DNA of 52,845 bases, the filler included, from Stramenopiles sp. TOSAG23-2 (lineage: Eukaryota), in assembly GCA_900128395.1 (NCBI GenBank). It is 3 parts of 3 records of this genome, joined end to end, with 100 filler letters (N's around TTAATTAATTAA, not from the genome) between each part and the next. Parts side by side here need not be neighbours in the genome. Positions count along the whole stretch, not along the records: positions 17,666 to 35,222 come from LT649638.1; positions 35,323 to 52,845 come from LT649639.1; 1 more part is not named here. One strand, written 5' to 3'. The notes beneath the pieces are model-generated. The model made no database searches. It saw nothing but the letters and a program-made list of their open reading frames with translations, and had not been told where the DNA came from. The position numbers and the translations under genes were made by a program. This document shows, one piece after another, positions 30,959-43,864 of this stretch; within the stretch, counting starts at the first letter, position 1, and every line of letters begins with the position of its first letter.

Positions 30959-33900
30959 ATGATTTTAATCTCCCGTTTTTACATGATACTATGTGTTATA
31001 ATTTTTCTCACCATTAATGTCATAATAACACAATCACAGTTTATAGAACCAACAATAGATATTTTAGACGATGGTAACATTTATAATAATAACAATATAA
31101 ATTACAGTAGTCCTGGTGTAAACGACCATAAAACATTTTTGCCACGCCATTTAAAAACTCGTAAATCCATTCACAACATGAACGCTTACCGTCATGTTAG
31201 GCGGTTAAATGATAATATTTATAGCTACCCTTTTAATCATATTTATACACACGGTTCGAAAAAGACTATTATTATCAAATATGATTTAAATGGATTATCT
31301 GGCAATGTTATTTCAAACGAAGATTTATTGAAAATGTTTGCGAAATTTCAAGAATATGTTGATGTACAATCATATGGAAAAGTAACATTAGAAACACCAG
31401 TAATTCACCCAACGATTGTATCTATAAATACTAATAACGGATTTTTTGATGAAGTTGATAAATGTAGAGTTGCTGCCGGATATGATTATAATAATTATGA
31501 TTATGAATTATTTTGGAAAAATGCTGGTAGTGGAAGTGTTGGTGGATCTGCTGTACCTGGAGGACGCGTACAAATATTTAAATATAGCAGTGCTGGTCAT
31601 TATAACTCGTTTCAAAATAAAATATTGCCACATGAATTTATGCATAATTTTGGATGTGGCCATGCATGGCATAAAGCACAAACGTATGGGGATAGTTATG
31701 ATATATTAGGTGGTGGTGCCATGGACCCAGACAATTTAAGAGTTGCACATATATCAGCAGGAACAAAACATCGTTTCGGGTGGATACCAGATGAACATGT
31801 TACATCCCTAACAAAAGCAAATAATGCAGATTCGGAGTATACGATTGAGCTGCGCCCATATGATAGAAAAGATGCTATTAGTAGATTAACAAGTGGACAA
31901 AAATTAGCAATACGAATAGAAACAGAATATATAAATGGAAAACCATGTCCATCTGGGAAAAGAGATTGGTGTCCATGGTGGGAAGGAAATCAAAATAATG
32001 ATTGGTATTCAACGGTTGGTACGACTCAGAATATATATTTATATATTTCTTATCGTGGATCGACTGATATTCAAGGAGCTTCATTACATTTAGTAAGCTA
32101 TCCTGACGACGGATGGGTACGTGCAACGTCTAGCATTGATATACGATCATTGACACAAACGCAATCAGATAGTTTTATCAAACAAGGTGAAATATATATT
32201 TTTGAATCTAATTCACAAACATCCATCGAAATTAAAACAATTTATGCAGATGATGATTTATTAAAAATAAAAGTAAAATATATTAATGGTAAGCAAATGA
32301 ATGAAAATTATGAAATAGACAATGCCGCGACATTATGTGAACATACATTAAGTTGTGGAAAACAAGTTGAAGTGGCTTTTGACAGTAACAGTAACGATGG
32401 AAGGAAACAAACATCGTTAATAAAAATTGGAGAAACACATTCATCCAATAGTGTTATAGCTGCGTGTAGTCAACAATTATCAAATCTAAAAACCTACATT
32501 GTAAGTAAATTCTCTCTCTCTCTCTCTCTGTATTACATATATATTAACACATATACATATATGTTTCGTTCCACAGTATAATGAATTCCCTGCTGTTCAA
32601 ATATTTCATGGTGGTGATGTTTTAATTGATGCTAAGGCGACGTTACAAGATTTTTGTGCTGCCAGTGTAATACAAGCATTTAATATAGCAAAAGATGCAA
32701 CTGGTGATTGGATGATTGATGGTGGAAAATTTAGACTAGAAGATTATAAATACTATGACACAGATGCAGGTATAGTAGATAGCATTGATCGTTATCCACA
32801 TTATATTGCAGATTTTCACACTTGGAAAGTCCATGTTTATATGTGTAAATGCAATTATTACTGTAAGTATATATATATATATATATATACCATATAAATA
32901 ATACACGTCTAACAACTATATATACACACATATTCCGATTTAAAGATTGTAAACAGGATCATTGGAAAGAATATAACGGCAATAAACCTGTAGGAGGCTG
33001 GTTTTGGATTATGTATTATAATGCAATGAACAATGTTATGGGATACCAAGGAAGTTGGATGATACCAATACCTAATGAAAATTTCACAGATGTTGTAAAT
33101 TTGAAAAAGACATATGGATTAAGATGGCTCAAAGGCAATGGTGGATATGCTCCGACATTTCAAAAAGATCCTGGATATGATCCGTATTTTAACGTTGAGT
33201 TTTTACAACAAAATGGTGTTCAAGAGAAAATTGGACAATTATCAGGGAGTCGTGGATGGCTTATTGCACAATACGATAAAACCACTGCCACTCATGGAAA
33301 TACAAGTAGTTTAAAATACAAAGCACATTCATGCACGATTCAAGAATGCACAGTAGGATCATATAATATCCCCAACAGTGATGACAGTACTACTACTACT
33401 ACTAACAGTGCCTGTAAACTATGCAAGCAGTGTCCATCTGGTTACACGACGCTGAATTCAGTTGACTTTCTAGGATCTAGAAGTTGTTTTTACAATAGCA
33501 AACAAATAAATGTACAAATTGAAGGTTGGCCAACCAATAAGCCAAATATTAGTGGAATATATACTGCTAAAGATGATTTATTTAATGGATCACCTGTATA
33601 TGCAAAAGCTAGTACCGAAAATGTGGGCCCTTCATACAATGGTCTTATCCTTCGTAAAATGGGTTTTGGCAGCCCCACTGCTAAATGGAAATTTACATAT
33701 GGTTCTAATCCAGGTCAATTAGGTATGGAAAGTGGATACGGCACAGATTTAGAAAATGAATGTAATTGTATCAATGTTATGTATCCACAGTTATTGCCAT
33801 CGGCTAATTGTGTAGCAGATACATACTATAATGACAAATGCAGCAGCTCAAGTAACAATCCTAAAAAAATTCCATTTAAAAATTCAGATAAAATATATTA

Positions 33901-34843
33901 CATTACCATAACTGAATATGGTTATGTGAATAATGATAAAAATAATGGTAATACTAACGAAACTGATGATTTCATTGGTTGCACATGCGCAACACATACA
34001 CACAGTGGAAAAAAAGCACATTGTCTCACACCAACTGAAATTAAATTAGAAACATGTAAATGGATAACAGATGACGAAAATACTGTAATAGTTGCCACAA
34101 TTACCCAAACGCTGGATATAAAAATTGAGCAAAAAATAAATAATAAACAAAACTTAGAAGAGATACTCAAAAATAATAAATACAAAATACGAACAGGAAT
34201 AGCAAATGCACTTGGGTTACCAACAAAATATGTAATTATTATTGAAATTACAAAAGTAGTAGATAGCAGAAGAAGAAGATTAATTTTAGCTAAAGAAGAA
34301 CGATTTAAAATTGTATACGAAGTTCAAATAACAAATAATTTTGAGTCTCAAATAGATACAATAACAGAAACAATGACATCGACTGCGTTTGAGACCCAAT
34401 TACAAGAAACTATAGCAACATCCACAGGTATACCTGAGGAAACTATTACCATGAATCTAAATGAGCCAGAAGCAAAGACACTTGAAAGCAATGAACAAAA
34501 CAATACAAATATGAAAGAAAAAAAGAACAACGATGTACTTGGTATAATCATACTTTACACTATTTTAATAATATTTGGACTTTGTTGCTGCATTGGTATT
34601 ATCTTAGTAATTGTTATTCGACAACGTAAAGCAAAAGAGACTAAAGATGTATTTACCCGCTTTTCAAATGCACGCAAAAGTAAGAAGCAAAGTGTAGTTG
34701 CAAAAGATGAAACTATGATTGAATTACATAATGTTGCAGTCGCAGTCGATATTTCACAACAACCACCACACGCTATTTCACCAAGAGATCGGAAAAAATT
34801 GGACGAGAAGGAAGGTTATGAACCGAAAATGACAGCGATATGA
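30959..34843 (+). CDS. Type I membrane metzincin metalloprotease (gametolysin/M11-like), 3 exons
   Basis: Signal peptide; HEFMHNFGCGH (HExxHxxGxxH) followed by YGDSYDILG; introns 32501-32576 and 32863-32945 (GT-AG, phases checked); Cys-rich region, SRRRRL motif, C-terminal TM helix and cytosolic tail. Confidence 0.85.
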
Positions 34844-34995
34844 TCATAAAATATAATGATGTTTATATATATAAAAAATTCTCTTATTTTATAATTTAAA
34901 GATTTTATTTACTCATATTGTATATATATATGTATGTAATTACCAGAAATAATAATTAAAGATATATAACTAAACCGGAAAAACCTGTGAAAGAA

Positions 34996-35220
34996 TTACT
35001 TATATTGTTTAGATCCAGGGGAAGCAAAAACTGTGCCTGGAGGTCGTGATTGTTTTTGTTTGTTGTTGATTGGACGTCGTCGCATTTTAACTCGCGATCC
35101 TATACTTTGTGAACCCGAAGTGCCATTAGTGGGTAAATTTCGCTTTTTCAGACTGGAGCCATCAGTAATCGACTCAACGGTACTGGAGACATCATCTACA
35201 AACGACGTTACGATTGATGC
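34996..35220 (-). CDS. 3' end of an unknown gene truncated by the contig break
   Basis: Open frame from the linker: ASIVTSFVDDVSSTVESITDGSSLKKRNLP...PPGTVFASPGSKQYK*; converges on the protease 3' end. Confidence 0.55.
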   Translation of the reverse strand, partial: ASIVTSFVDDVSSTVESITDGSSLKKRNLPTNGTSGSQSIGSRVKMRRRPINNKQKQSRPPGTVFASPGSKQYK

Positions 35221-35222
35221 TT

Positions 35223-35322
35223 NNNNNNNNNNNNNNNNNNNNNNNNNNNNNNNNNNNNNNNNNNNNTTAATTAATTAANNNNNNNNNNNNNNNNNNNNNN
35301 NNNNNNNNNNNNNNNNNNNNNN
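35223..35322. other. Artificial contig-joining linker
   Basis: 44N + TTAATTAATTAA + 44N. Confidence 0.97.
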
Positions 35323-37040
35323 GGGCTACGCATGGGGAACCAAATGATATTAATTCCCATCCACATGTGAATAACGATGGTACATTATCAGCTGTTCATA
35401 ATGGTATCATTGAAAATTATGAAACCATTAAAAAAAGATTGCAAGCAAAAGGGTATAAATTTATCTCGGAGACGGATACGGAAGCATTGGTACATTTAGT
35501 CGACGATGTGCGTAAAACGTCCCATACGTCGTTGACATTGGAAGAAGCTGTTGGATTGGCATTATGCCAAGTTACTGGTACCTTTGGTGTTGTTTTCATC
35601 GATAGCAATACACCAGATACATTAGTTGGTGCAAGACATGGTTCGCCTATGATATTAGGTGTTGGTCAAGATGGGGATGAATTTTTTTTATCCTCCGATG
35701 CAGCTGCTATTATTGAATATACCAATACCGTTGTATATTTAGAAGAAGGTGATATTTGCACATTGAAACGTGATGGGTATAAAATTGGCTCTTTGCATAG
35801 TGCAAGGGAAAGTTACAATGCAAATATGTTCCAAGCATTGTTGCAATTAGCAAAAAGCGATGGTGATTCCATCCAATTGCAACATAAATCAAAACAATTG
35901 CCACAGCATAATTTAGAAATGAATATTGCTGCTATCGAGAAACAAGGATATAAACATTTCATGTTAAAAGAAGTGATGGAACAACCACGTGTATTGGAAA
36001 ATTGCATGCGTGGGCGTATCGATGCAAGTAAAAATTTCATTCGTTTAGGTGGTTTAGTTAGTGTCATGGATAAATTGCTGAAAGCAAGGCGTTTTGTCAT
36101 TTGTGCATGTGGTACCTCGTGGCATAGTGCATTGGTTGGGGAATATTTATTTGAAAGTTTATGCCGTGTTCCAGTCGAAGTGGAATATGCAAGTGAATTT
36201 AGATATCGTGAACCAATTTTATTTGAAGATGATGTCGTCATTGTTATTTCTCAAAGTGGGGAAACGGCGGATACGTTAGCTGCTGTACGTGAAGCGAAGC
36301 GCCAAAATGTCTTGACATTGGGTTTAGTAAATTCCGTCGGTAGTACCATTGCAAGAGAAACGGATGCAGGTGTATATCTACATGTTGGTCCAGAAATTGG
36401 TGTTGCATCGACGAAAGCATTTACTGGTCAAATATGTGTTTTAACTATGATGGCTTTGATGATTGCAAAGGAAAAAAAAACGGTGGAAGATGCAGAATTG
36501 CAAAATTATTTAACACAATTGCAAACGATTCCATCTCACGTAGCAAACGTATTGGAACAAACTGAAAAAATCATGAATATATCGAAAACATTTCGTTATG
36601 CAAGTAATTTCTTATATTTAGGACGTGGTTTTAATTTTCCAGTTGCATTGGAAGGTGCATTGAAATTAAAAGAAATTTCATATATCCATGCGGAAGGATA
36701 CCCAGCAGCAGAAATGAAACATGGTCCATTAGCATTAATTGATCGATTTATGCCAGTAGTCATGATTGCACCAAGTAGTGATCCAACATATGATAAAACA
36801 AAAGCAAATATTAAAGAAGTATTGGCTCGTAAAGGTAGCGTCATTGCAATCACGGAAAGTGGTAACAATGAATTGGATGCAGAATGTGAACATGTTATCT
36901 ATACACCAAATGTACCAGAATGCATGCAACCATTAGTAACTGTTATCCCATTGCAATTGTTATCATATTATATTGCTGATTTACGAGGATGTTCAATTGA
37001 TCAACCTAGAAATTTAGCCAAAAGTGTTACGGTAGAATAA
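35323..37040 (+). CDS. glmS: Glutamine:fructose-6-phosphate aminotransferase (GlmS/GFAT), 5'-truncated
   Basis: ATHGEPNDINSHPH, VHNGIIEN, SETDTE, ACGTS, ISQSGETADT, GVASTKAFT, LEGALKLKEISYIHAEG, C-terminal PRNLAKSVTVE. Confidence 0.97.
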
Positions 37041-37458
37041 GTGTGTGTGTGTGTTTATAGAAAAGATTGTGAGGGAAGAATAATGTAACACACGTGTTAT
37101 CATATTTTAAATAAGATACACACCAAATGTGGGTATGTACGCAAAAACAGTAAATTTAAATTTCAATTTTATGATATGATATGATAAAATATATTTATAA
37201 TATAATAAAAATATTGATATATTTATGATATGCACATATGTGTATATTAAAAAAAAAATTCAATGCCTGGGGCGGAAGGGTTGAGATTATAAAAATCTCT
37301 CTCTCTCGTCTTTTTATTTCTAAATTTTTTTAATATATTATATATATATTTATATATACACACACAGACACACAATTTTTCTTTTCATAAAAATTCTCTC
37401 TTGGTAACACCACACTCCTCACTCTCTCTCTTCACCACACATATATATTTTATTTTTT

Positions 37459-38535
37459 TTATAAAAAGTAATCCGGTGTTCTACGTGTTACCTCTGGTTT
37501 ACCTCTACGTGGTGCAGGATCAAATTGTAAAAATGTATATTTCATATGCTCATCGATTTCCATAATAGCTGCTTGATTCCCACAACGATAACAATAATTT
37601 GGTGCGCTAAATAATGTAACAACGTTTTTATCATGCGTCCATGCAAACCCATCCATTACCAATTGATGGGCACGGCATACTAATGTTAAACCATTTGTAT
37701 GATTAAACATTTCACTAATATCTTGACCAAATGTATAACCAGCGCCACGTGGGGATATACCCCAACCAATCCGATCATCTGGATCACTCCATAATAAATC
37801 ACATATTGGCCCTTCATGTGGTACTTCCTGTTCCCGTTCCAATGCACGGATATGATCCAACGTATCTAAACTTGGGCTCAAACCGCCATGTGGACAAAAG
37901 ATTTGATTTTCAATTATACATGTCAATGGCAAGGAATCAAATAAATCAGTAAAATATTTCCATACATTTGCATTACCATATTTTCTTAAACATTCATCAT
38001 AAAAACCATATACTTGTGTAATTTGCCTAGTTTCATGGTTTCCACGTAGTAAATGGATACGATCCCGATATCGTACTTTCAATGCAACAACCAACGTTAC
38101 GGTCTCTACTGAAAAATAACCACGATCGACGTAATCACCCATTAATAAAAAATTAGTATCAGGTGCATATCCACCAATACGAAATAATTCCATTAAATCA
38201 TGAAATTGACCATGTACATCGCCAACTACAGTAACTGGTGCATTGACAGCTTGTACATTACTTTCTTTGGTCAATATTTCACGTGCCATTTGGCACAGTT
38301 GCTTAACGTCTGCCTCTGCTAATGGTTTGCACTCCATTAAATTTTTCACCCATTCATCACATTTTGCAACAATATTACCAACACCACCTTTAGTTGCTTC
38401 ACTTGGTGTAGCATTTGTTGCATTTGTCGCTACATTGTTGTTATTCGTTGTCCCATTATTATTATTATTATTTTGTGCTTGTTGTGTTGCCGTTCCCGCC
38501 GTATTGTTTTCATTGTTAACGACTACGCTCGACAT
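37459..38535 (-). CDS. PPP2C: Ser/Thr protein phosphatase 2A catalytic subunit
   Basis: [32 protein letters not shown]-terminal RRTPDYFL; Asn/Thr-rich N-terminal extension. Confidence 0.95.
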   Translation of the reverse strand: MSSVVVNNENNTAGTATQQAQNNNNNNGTTNNNNVATNATNATPSEATKGGVGNIVAKCDEWVKNLMECKPLAEADVKQLCQMAREILTKESNVQAVNAPVTVVGDVHGQFHDLMELFRIGGYAPDTNFLLMGDYVDRGYFSVETVTLVVALKVRYRDRIHLLRGNHETRQITQVYGFYDECLRKYGNANVWKYFTDLFDSLPLTCIIENQIFCPHGGLSPSLDTLDHIRALEREQEVPHEGPICDLLWSDPDDRIGWGISPRGAGYTFGQDISEMFNHTNGLTLVCRAHQLVMDGFAWTHDKNVVTLFSAPNYCYRCGNQAAIMEIDEHMKYTFLQFDPAPRRGKPEVTRRTPDYFL

Positions 38536-39999
38536 GTTTATATTGTTATTATATGATATACTGAAAGAGATATATATAAAATGTTTTGTTCTATCTTGTC
38601 GATCTTGTCTTGTCTATCTTGTCTATCTTGTATTCAATTATTCAATATATTTGTTCATAAATATTCAAATTTTACATAAAAAAAAAAAAAAAAATTACTG
38701 CAAGAACTTTCTAAAGTTAAGGTTAAATGTTACATATATCCAAAGTGTACTTTTTTGTTGTTGTAGTTTTATAGATACTGTATATATTTTAAATATCTTT
38801 TTATAATAAAGAATCATATTTTATGTAGATATTATTTTCCTTAAAACAAATTTTTTGGGCCATCGTAGAAATGGTATGTTTATTCATTCTACTATTATGA
38901 TTATTATTGTTGTACTATGGCACTGCTATGATGATGGGGGAAAAAAATGTTTTTTTTTTGATTTTTTTGATTTTTTTACTTTTTCGATTTTTTTGTTTTA
39001 ATGTACCATAAATAATATTGTTTACTCTAGACGTTTACCTATTTAAATGCATGTAATTTTGTATGTACCCTTATCGAATACTCTTTGATTTTTTGATTTT
39101 TTTTAATAATTTTTTTTTTTTTTATTTTATCGTCACTTTTTTCTTTTCTTTTCTTTAGTTCTGCCAGAGGCCTATTTTTTAGTTCAAACGCCGAATTTTA
39201 AAATTGAGATGTCGATGGATTTTGTCTTCAAAAAAAAATCGATAATATGTTCCTTCATCTATATAATATACTGTATTTAATCTAGTTCACTAATTATTAA
39301 TTATCGGATATTATTTTTACTATTCGACTCGAAATAGTCATTTTGGTAACTTTTGTCTTCTCGAATTATCTATCGTTATAAATTACACCTAGAAAGAGTA
39401 GATTTTGCATTATTATTTGTAATATTTATATTTGAAAGATATAGATATATATATATAGATATATATTATATTATCAATCTATAAATATTTACTATTCAAA
39501 GTAACAGCAACAACAACAACAACAACAAAAATTAAAAAGTAATATTTTTTTTTTTTTTCGAACATCATCATTGCACCATTCATCAAAATTTATTTAAAAA
39601 AGTGAAATTTAGACATTTTTATATATATAAACAAAACAAAAAAAAAGACATCTGGAACAAAATAATACAAACACGTTCTATTTTCCAACAAAACATTTTC
39701 ATATATATTGCTACATAAACGTATTTCATTTTTTTCTTGACTTTTTGTGAAAATAAAGTTCCTTTTGTATAACAGAAGCAAAGCAAAATAATAATAAATT
39801 AGCAAAAACTACAATAACGACAACGTCTTTATTTTTTGGTATAAATAATTATTATATTATTCATACATTATTCGTTCCTGTATATATAATACATATATAT
39901 AGATATATACAAACATATATTTTTTTTTATATTTGTTCAATTACATACACAAAAAAAAAATAAAAGTAAAGAATAGTAATAATTTAAACATAATACATC

Positions 40000-40962
40000 A
40001 TGGCATCAACAATAAATGAAGAATCTAAAACAACAACTGGATCAAAACGTTTAATTGTGTTTGATTTTGATCGTACATTAGCAACAGTTGAAGTGAACGC
40101 GGTTGCACTGACTGATGCAAAAAAAGCTATGGGTGGAAAATATCGTGTAAGTTCTTATACGCGTATATATTTCTTTATTAATACATATCTCCAATAAAAA
40201 CAAAAAAAAACTAACATATCAAAATATACACATACATTGTATTATTCTTTAAACACACATACGTAATAATAGCTTGATTGGGTACGTAAATTATTAAATG
40301 AATTAGTTAGCAATGATGTAAAATTAGCAATATTAAGTTTGAATCATAAACATTTTATAACACGTGCATTGACGGCAAAATTTGTTCATATGCAAAATTT
40401 TTTCTACTTAACACCTATATTGGATGATGCGACTGTAACTGGTAATAATCCTCCAGAAGAAGAGGAGGAGGAAGAAGACGATGATGATATGTTATTAATG
40501 GCACCGGTGAAGAAAACAAAAAGCAAAGAAGCCATTGAAGCTGAGCAAAATAGAATGAAAATTGAATCGTTAAAGAAAAACAATACAGAATTAGTATATG
40601 GACGTGATTCATATGAAAAATCAAATAAAAATTATACCAAATCGATTGAAATACAAAATATGATTATGAATGCGTGTGGTATTACAAATGCAAACGATGT
40701 TTTATTTATTGATGATGATCCAGATAACATACGTGATTTAAATGCAAATTTACCAGGTTGTAAAACGATTTGGGTCAAACGTAATCCAACTGCATTTCAT
40801 CCATATGGCTTTACTAAAGCCCATGGTGAAATTATGTCATTATTTGGTAAAAAACAAGATGATCAATTGGAAACCATACAAATGGAAAATGGTTTAGTAA
40901 TATTACAAAAAAAAGTAATTAAAGAAGGTGATGATGATAATAATGCAACGAATAAGAAATAA
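40000..40962 (+). CDS. HAD-superfamily hydrolase, 2 exons
   Basis: Motif I LIVFDFDRTL, motif II LAILS, motif IV LFIDDDPDNI; intron 40147-40272 (GTAAGT...TAG, phase 0, branch-like CTAAC) joins the two ORFs in frame. Confidence 0.8.
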
Positions 40963-41578
40963 ATCACTTGCATATACTAGAGGTGTATGTATGCACTGTG
41001 AATGAAATTTGGTAGAGTATGATATTGAAGTTTTTTTGTAATTTTCAATTTTATATTTATAGATACGAAAAGCGCGAGTTCGTAAAATATATATTTTAAA
41101 AACGCTTTTGAGAAAAAAACAAACCCGACGAATCATGTTTGATTCATCCCTCTGATGTTCGTGGTTTATATACGCGGTCGTGCATCGATGCATTTTTTTG
41201 AAAACAAGAAAAAGATATGATGAACAAGAGTTGTGCGTGTAAAACTGTAATATAATATAATATATTTTTAAATTTAAAAGAGCTTTAAAAAAACAAAAAG
41301 GGCGATTCATTGTCATATCAAATTTTTAAACTCTCATACACACACACCTCTTTTCGTCGTCTATATAATGAATTTTTTTTTTATATATATAATATTTTTC
41401 AACCATATTTATTTAAACAAGCACATATATATCTTTTTCTATTTATATATATATACATACATACGCGTACATATCGTATATTACATATATCTATCTATAA
41501 TATATACGAAGTATATACATATATATATATATTGGATCATTGTCCCAAGAATACAAAACATCATCAAACATTTTATTA

Positions 41579-42484
41579 TTATGCATCCCGTACAACTGTT
41601 TCACAATCTTTTGTTTCCCCCATAAATGAACTTACAAATTGTTTAATCGACATATTACCAGTTTCATTGCCATATAAATAAAAGAAACCTTCAACATCCG
41701 CAGGTTTTAATGGGATACCAAAGCATCTCATTGCTTCCCCAAATTCAGATGGGCTTAATTTATCTGCATCATCTGCATCTTGAAATTTTAAATTTCGTAA
41801 TATAGTCACTTTTTGCGATTCACCACCTTTTTTCTTTTGTATTACTTTATTTCTTAATACGTTAATTAATAATAATAAACGTGGTTTGTCCACAACATCT
41901 TGGTTTTCTTTTACCGTAAATAAACTTTCTACCAATTGAACAAAATAATTATCTCTTGGGCATACTGCACTAACGCCTTGCCAATAATCTGCAAATGCTT
42001 GCTTGTCTACGCCTGCCATAGGCATTGCTTCTGCAAAACGTTTTGCAACAATATCTGCTTCAATAGTACCGGCACGTACATCTGGATGTTGTGCTGCATT
42101 ATAGGATTGGCATACGGTGTCTACGTCTACAAATCCACCATCTGGTGCACATGTGTTCCATGCAATGTTGACCATGTTTGCGCGTCTTGCATTTACTGGT
42201 GGGCATAAGTCACTCATAAAATTTTGTACATTGATCACACCACTATTTTTTGCATCCAATTGTTTATATATGGAAGTCACTTCTTGTGTACTTAAAAATA
42301 AACCACAATAATTTATCACATCACCAAAATCAGATTTATCACATACACCTTGTCCATCCCAATCTACGGTAATAAATGCTTCATTTAATTTATCAAATGA
42401 TGGTGAACGTAATGCAAATGCTTGACATCGCAATGATTCCAATACAGCATCATATGCTGCACGTATATTATCAATAGTACTCAT
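41579..42484 (-). CDS. Calcyphosin-like EF-hand protein
   Basis: EF-hand-like loops DWDGQGVCDKSDF, DAKNSGVINVQNF and DADDADKLSPSEF; calcyphosin-type RRANMVNIAW, YNAAQHPDVRAG, FADYWQGVSA and DNYFVQL; first ATG at 42484. Confidence 0.8.
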   Translation of the reverse strand: MSTIDNIRAAYDAVLESLRCQAFALRSPSFDKLNEAFITVDWDGQGVCDKSDFGDVINYCGLFLSTQEVTSIYKQLDAKNSGVINVQNFMSDLCPPVNARRANMVNIAWNTCAPDGGFVDVDTVCQSYNAAQHPDVRAGTIEADIVAKRFAEAMPMAGVDKQAFADYWQGVSAVCPRDNYFVQLVESLFTVKENQDVVDKPRLLLLINVLRNKVIQKKKGGESQKVTILRNLKFQDADDADKLSPSEFGEAMRCFGIPLKPADVEGFFYLYGNETGNMSIKQFVSSFMGETKDCETVVRDA

Positions 42485-43864
42485 ACTTTTTTTTTTAATT
42501 ATTTTGTTCAATTTCTCAATATTCTATAATAATAAAAATTATTAAATTATTTTATAATCTATCACAAAAAAGATGAAAAAAAAAATAATAACTAAATTCT
42601 TTTGAGCAACGGGCAATTACTTTACTTTTTTCTATATATTAAATATATCAAAAATATACACACAGATAGAAAGAGAAAGCGGAATGAATTATGATATATT
42701 CACATACACATGGAAAGGCATGTTGCCTTTCGTTTGTTTCAATTTTTTGTTTTTTTTTGATGAAAAATGAAAAATCGAGTCGATTTGGTGTGCCGTTTCC
42801 AGTGCTACGTGCCTGCTAAGTGGCCTGCTCATGATTTAACGAATTTGTGTGCTTGGCCTTTCCAGACGCTTTAGGCTTGAAACTGTTGTAAGATAAATAC
42901 CTTAATTTAATTATAACCCTAATTACAACACGATGTAGCGATTATACTATAGGGGGAATTGATGCTCCTCCAGTTATACTGCCAGCCGGGCCAGGTCTGC
43001 AATAGGATGATGATGATTATTAAGGTGTATTAGTAGTATACAAATATCTATATCTACATATATACAAGATACAAGAAGAGGAGAGGAGAGAGGAGCATAA
43101 AAATGTATAGAAGACATGAACATATAGGATGTTAGCTTACCTTTACAATAACAATGTATGTACTAACATGTTCAACATTTTTCATAGCAGATGAAATTTC
43201 CCCGGATGTCGTCATACGGACATATTAATAATGGTAAATTGACAACTAGAAATATGTATTTATATCTATTGCATTACCACTATTACAATAAACTATTTAT
43301 AATTGTATTTGATGAATGCAATGTGTTGATATTCGAGGTAGTACGATTCGGATATTTATATTTACCAGGATGTCCATAATTGAATAATATGGATTTTTAA
43401 AGACACAAAGATCTAGCACTAAATCTCGCAAGAAGTTGATCATGCGTAAATGATATGATTATTTGTATGGAATTATCCAAATAAATTGTGTCACTATTTA
43501 TAATGTATTACTATGATAAAAACAATACCAATGGAGGTGGAATTTGATGTGTCAAAAAAAAGATAAGAAACGTGTGGAAATATTGATTTGAAGTAAAACA
43601 ACATATATATCGTATTTTGATGGTGGTATAGATGTTATATATATTGTATACAAAGTCAAAGATACTCGCTTGTTATATAACAATTTATAATTTATATATA
43701 TAAATAATATATAAAAAAAGGCGAAGGAAAAAAAAAAAAGAAAAGAAAGTTGAGAATTATTATTTATTTTTTTGGAATCATTAGTTCCATTATAACACCA
43801 CATCATTGAATATTTTTAATAATTTTATTTTAAAGATTTTACTAATAATATAATCTTAGTGATA

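Noticed and set aside
41310..41681. Short Y/I/F-rich ORFs in intergenic DNA (also 2164-2349, 39590-39805, 43552-43806, 51029-51543)
   Set aside because: Translations of (TA)n and poly-T non-coding sequence with no coding signal.
42780..43010. GC-richer intergenic patch as a possible ncRNA or tRNA
   Set aside because: No cloverleaf, A/B boxes or known snRNA motif found by eye; more likely promoter DNA of the calcyphosin-like gene. A covariance-model search would settle it.
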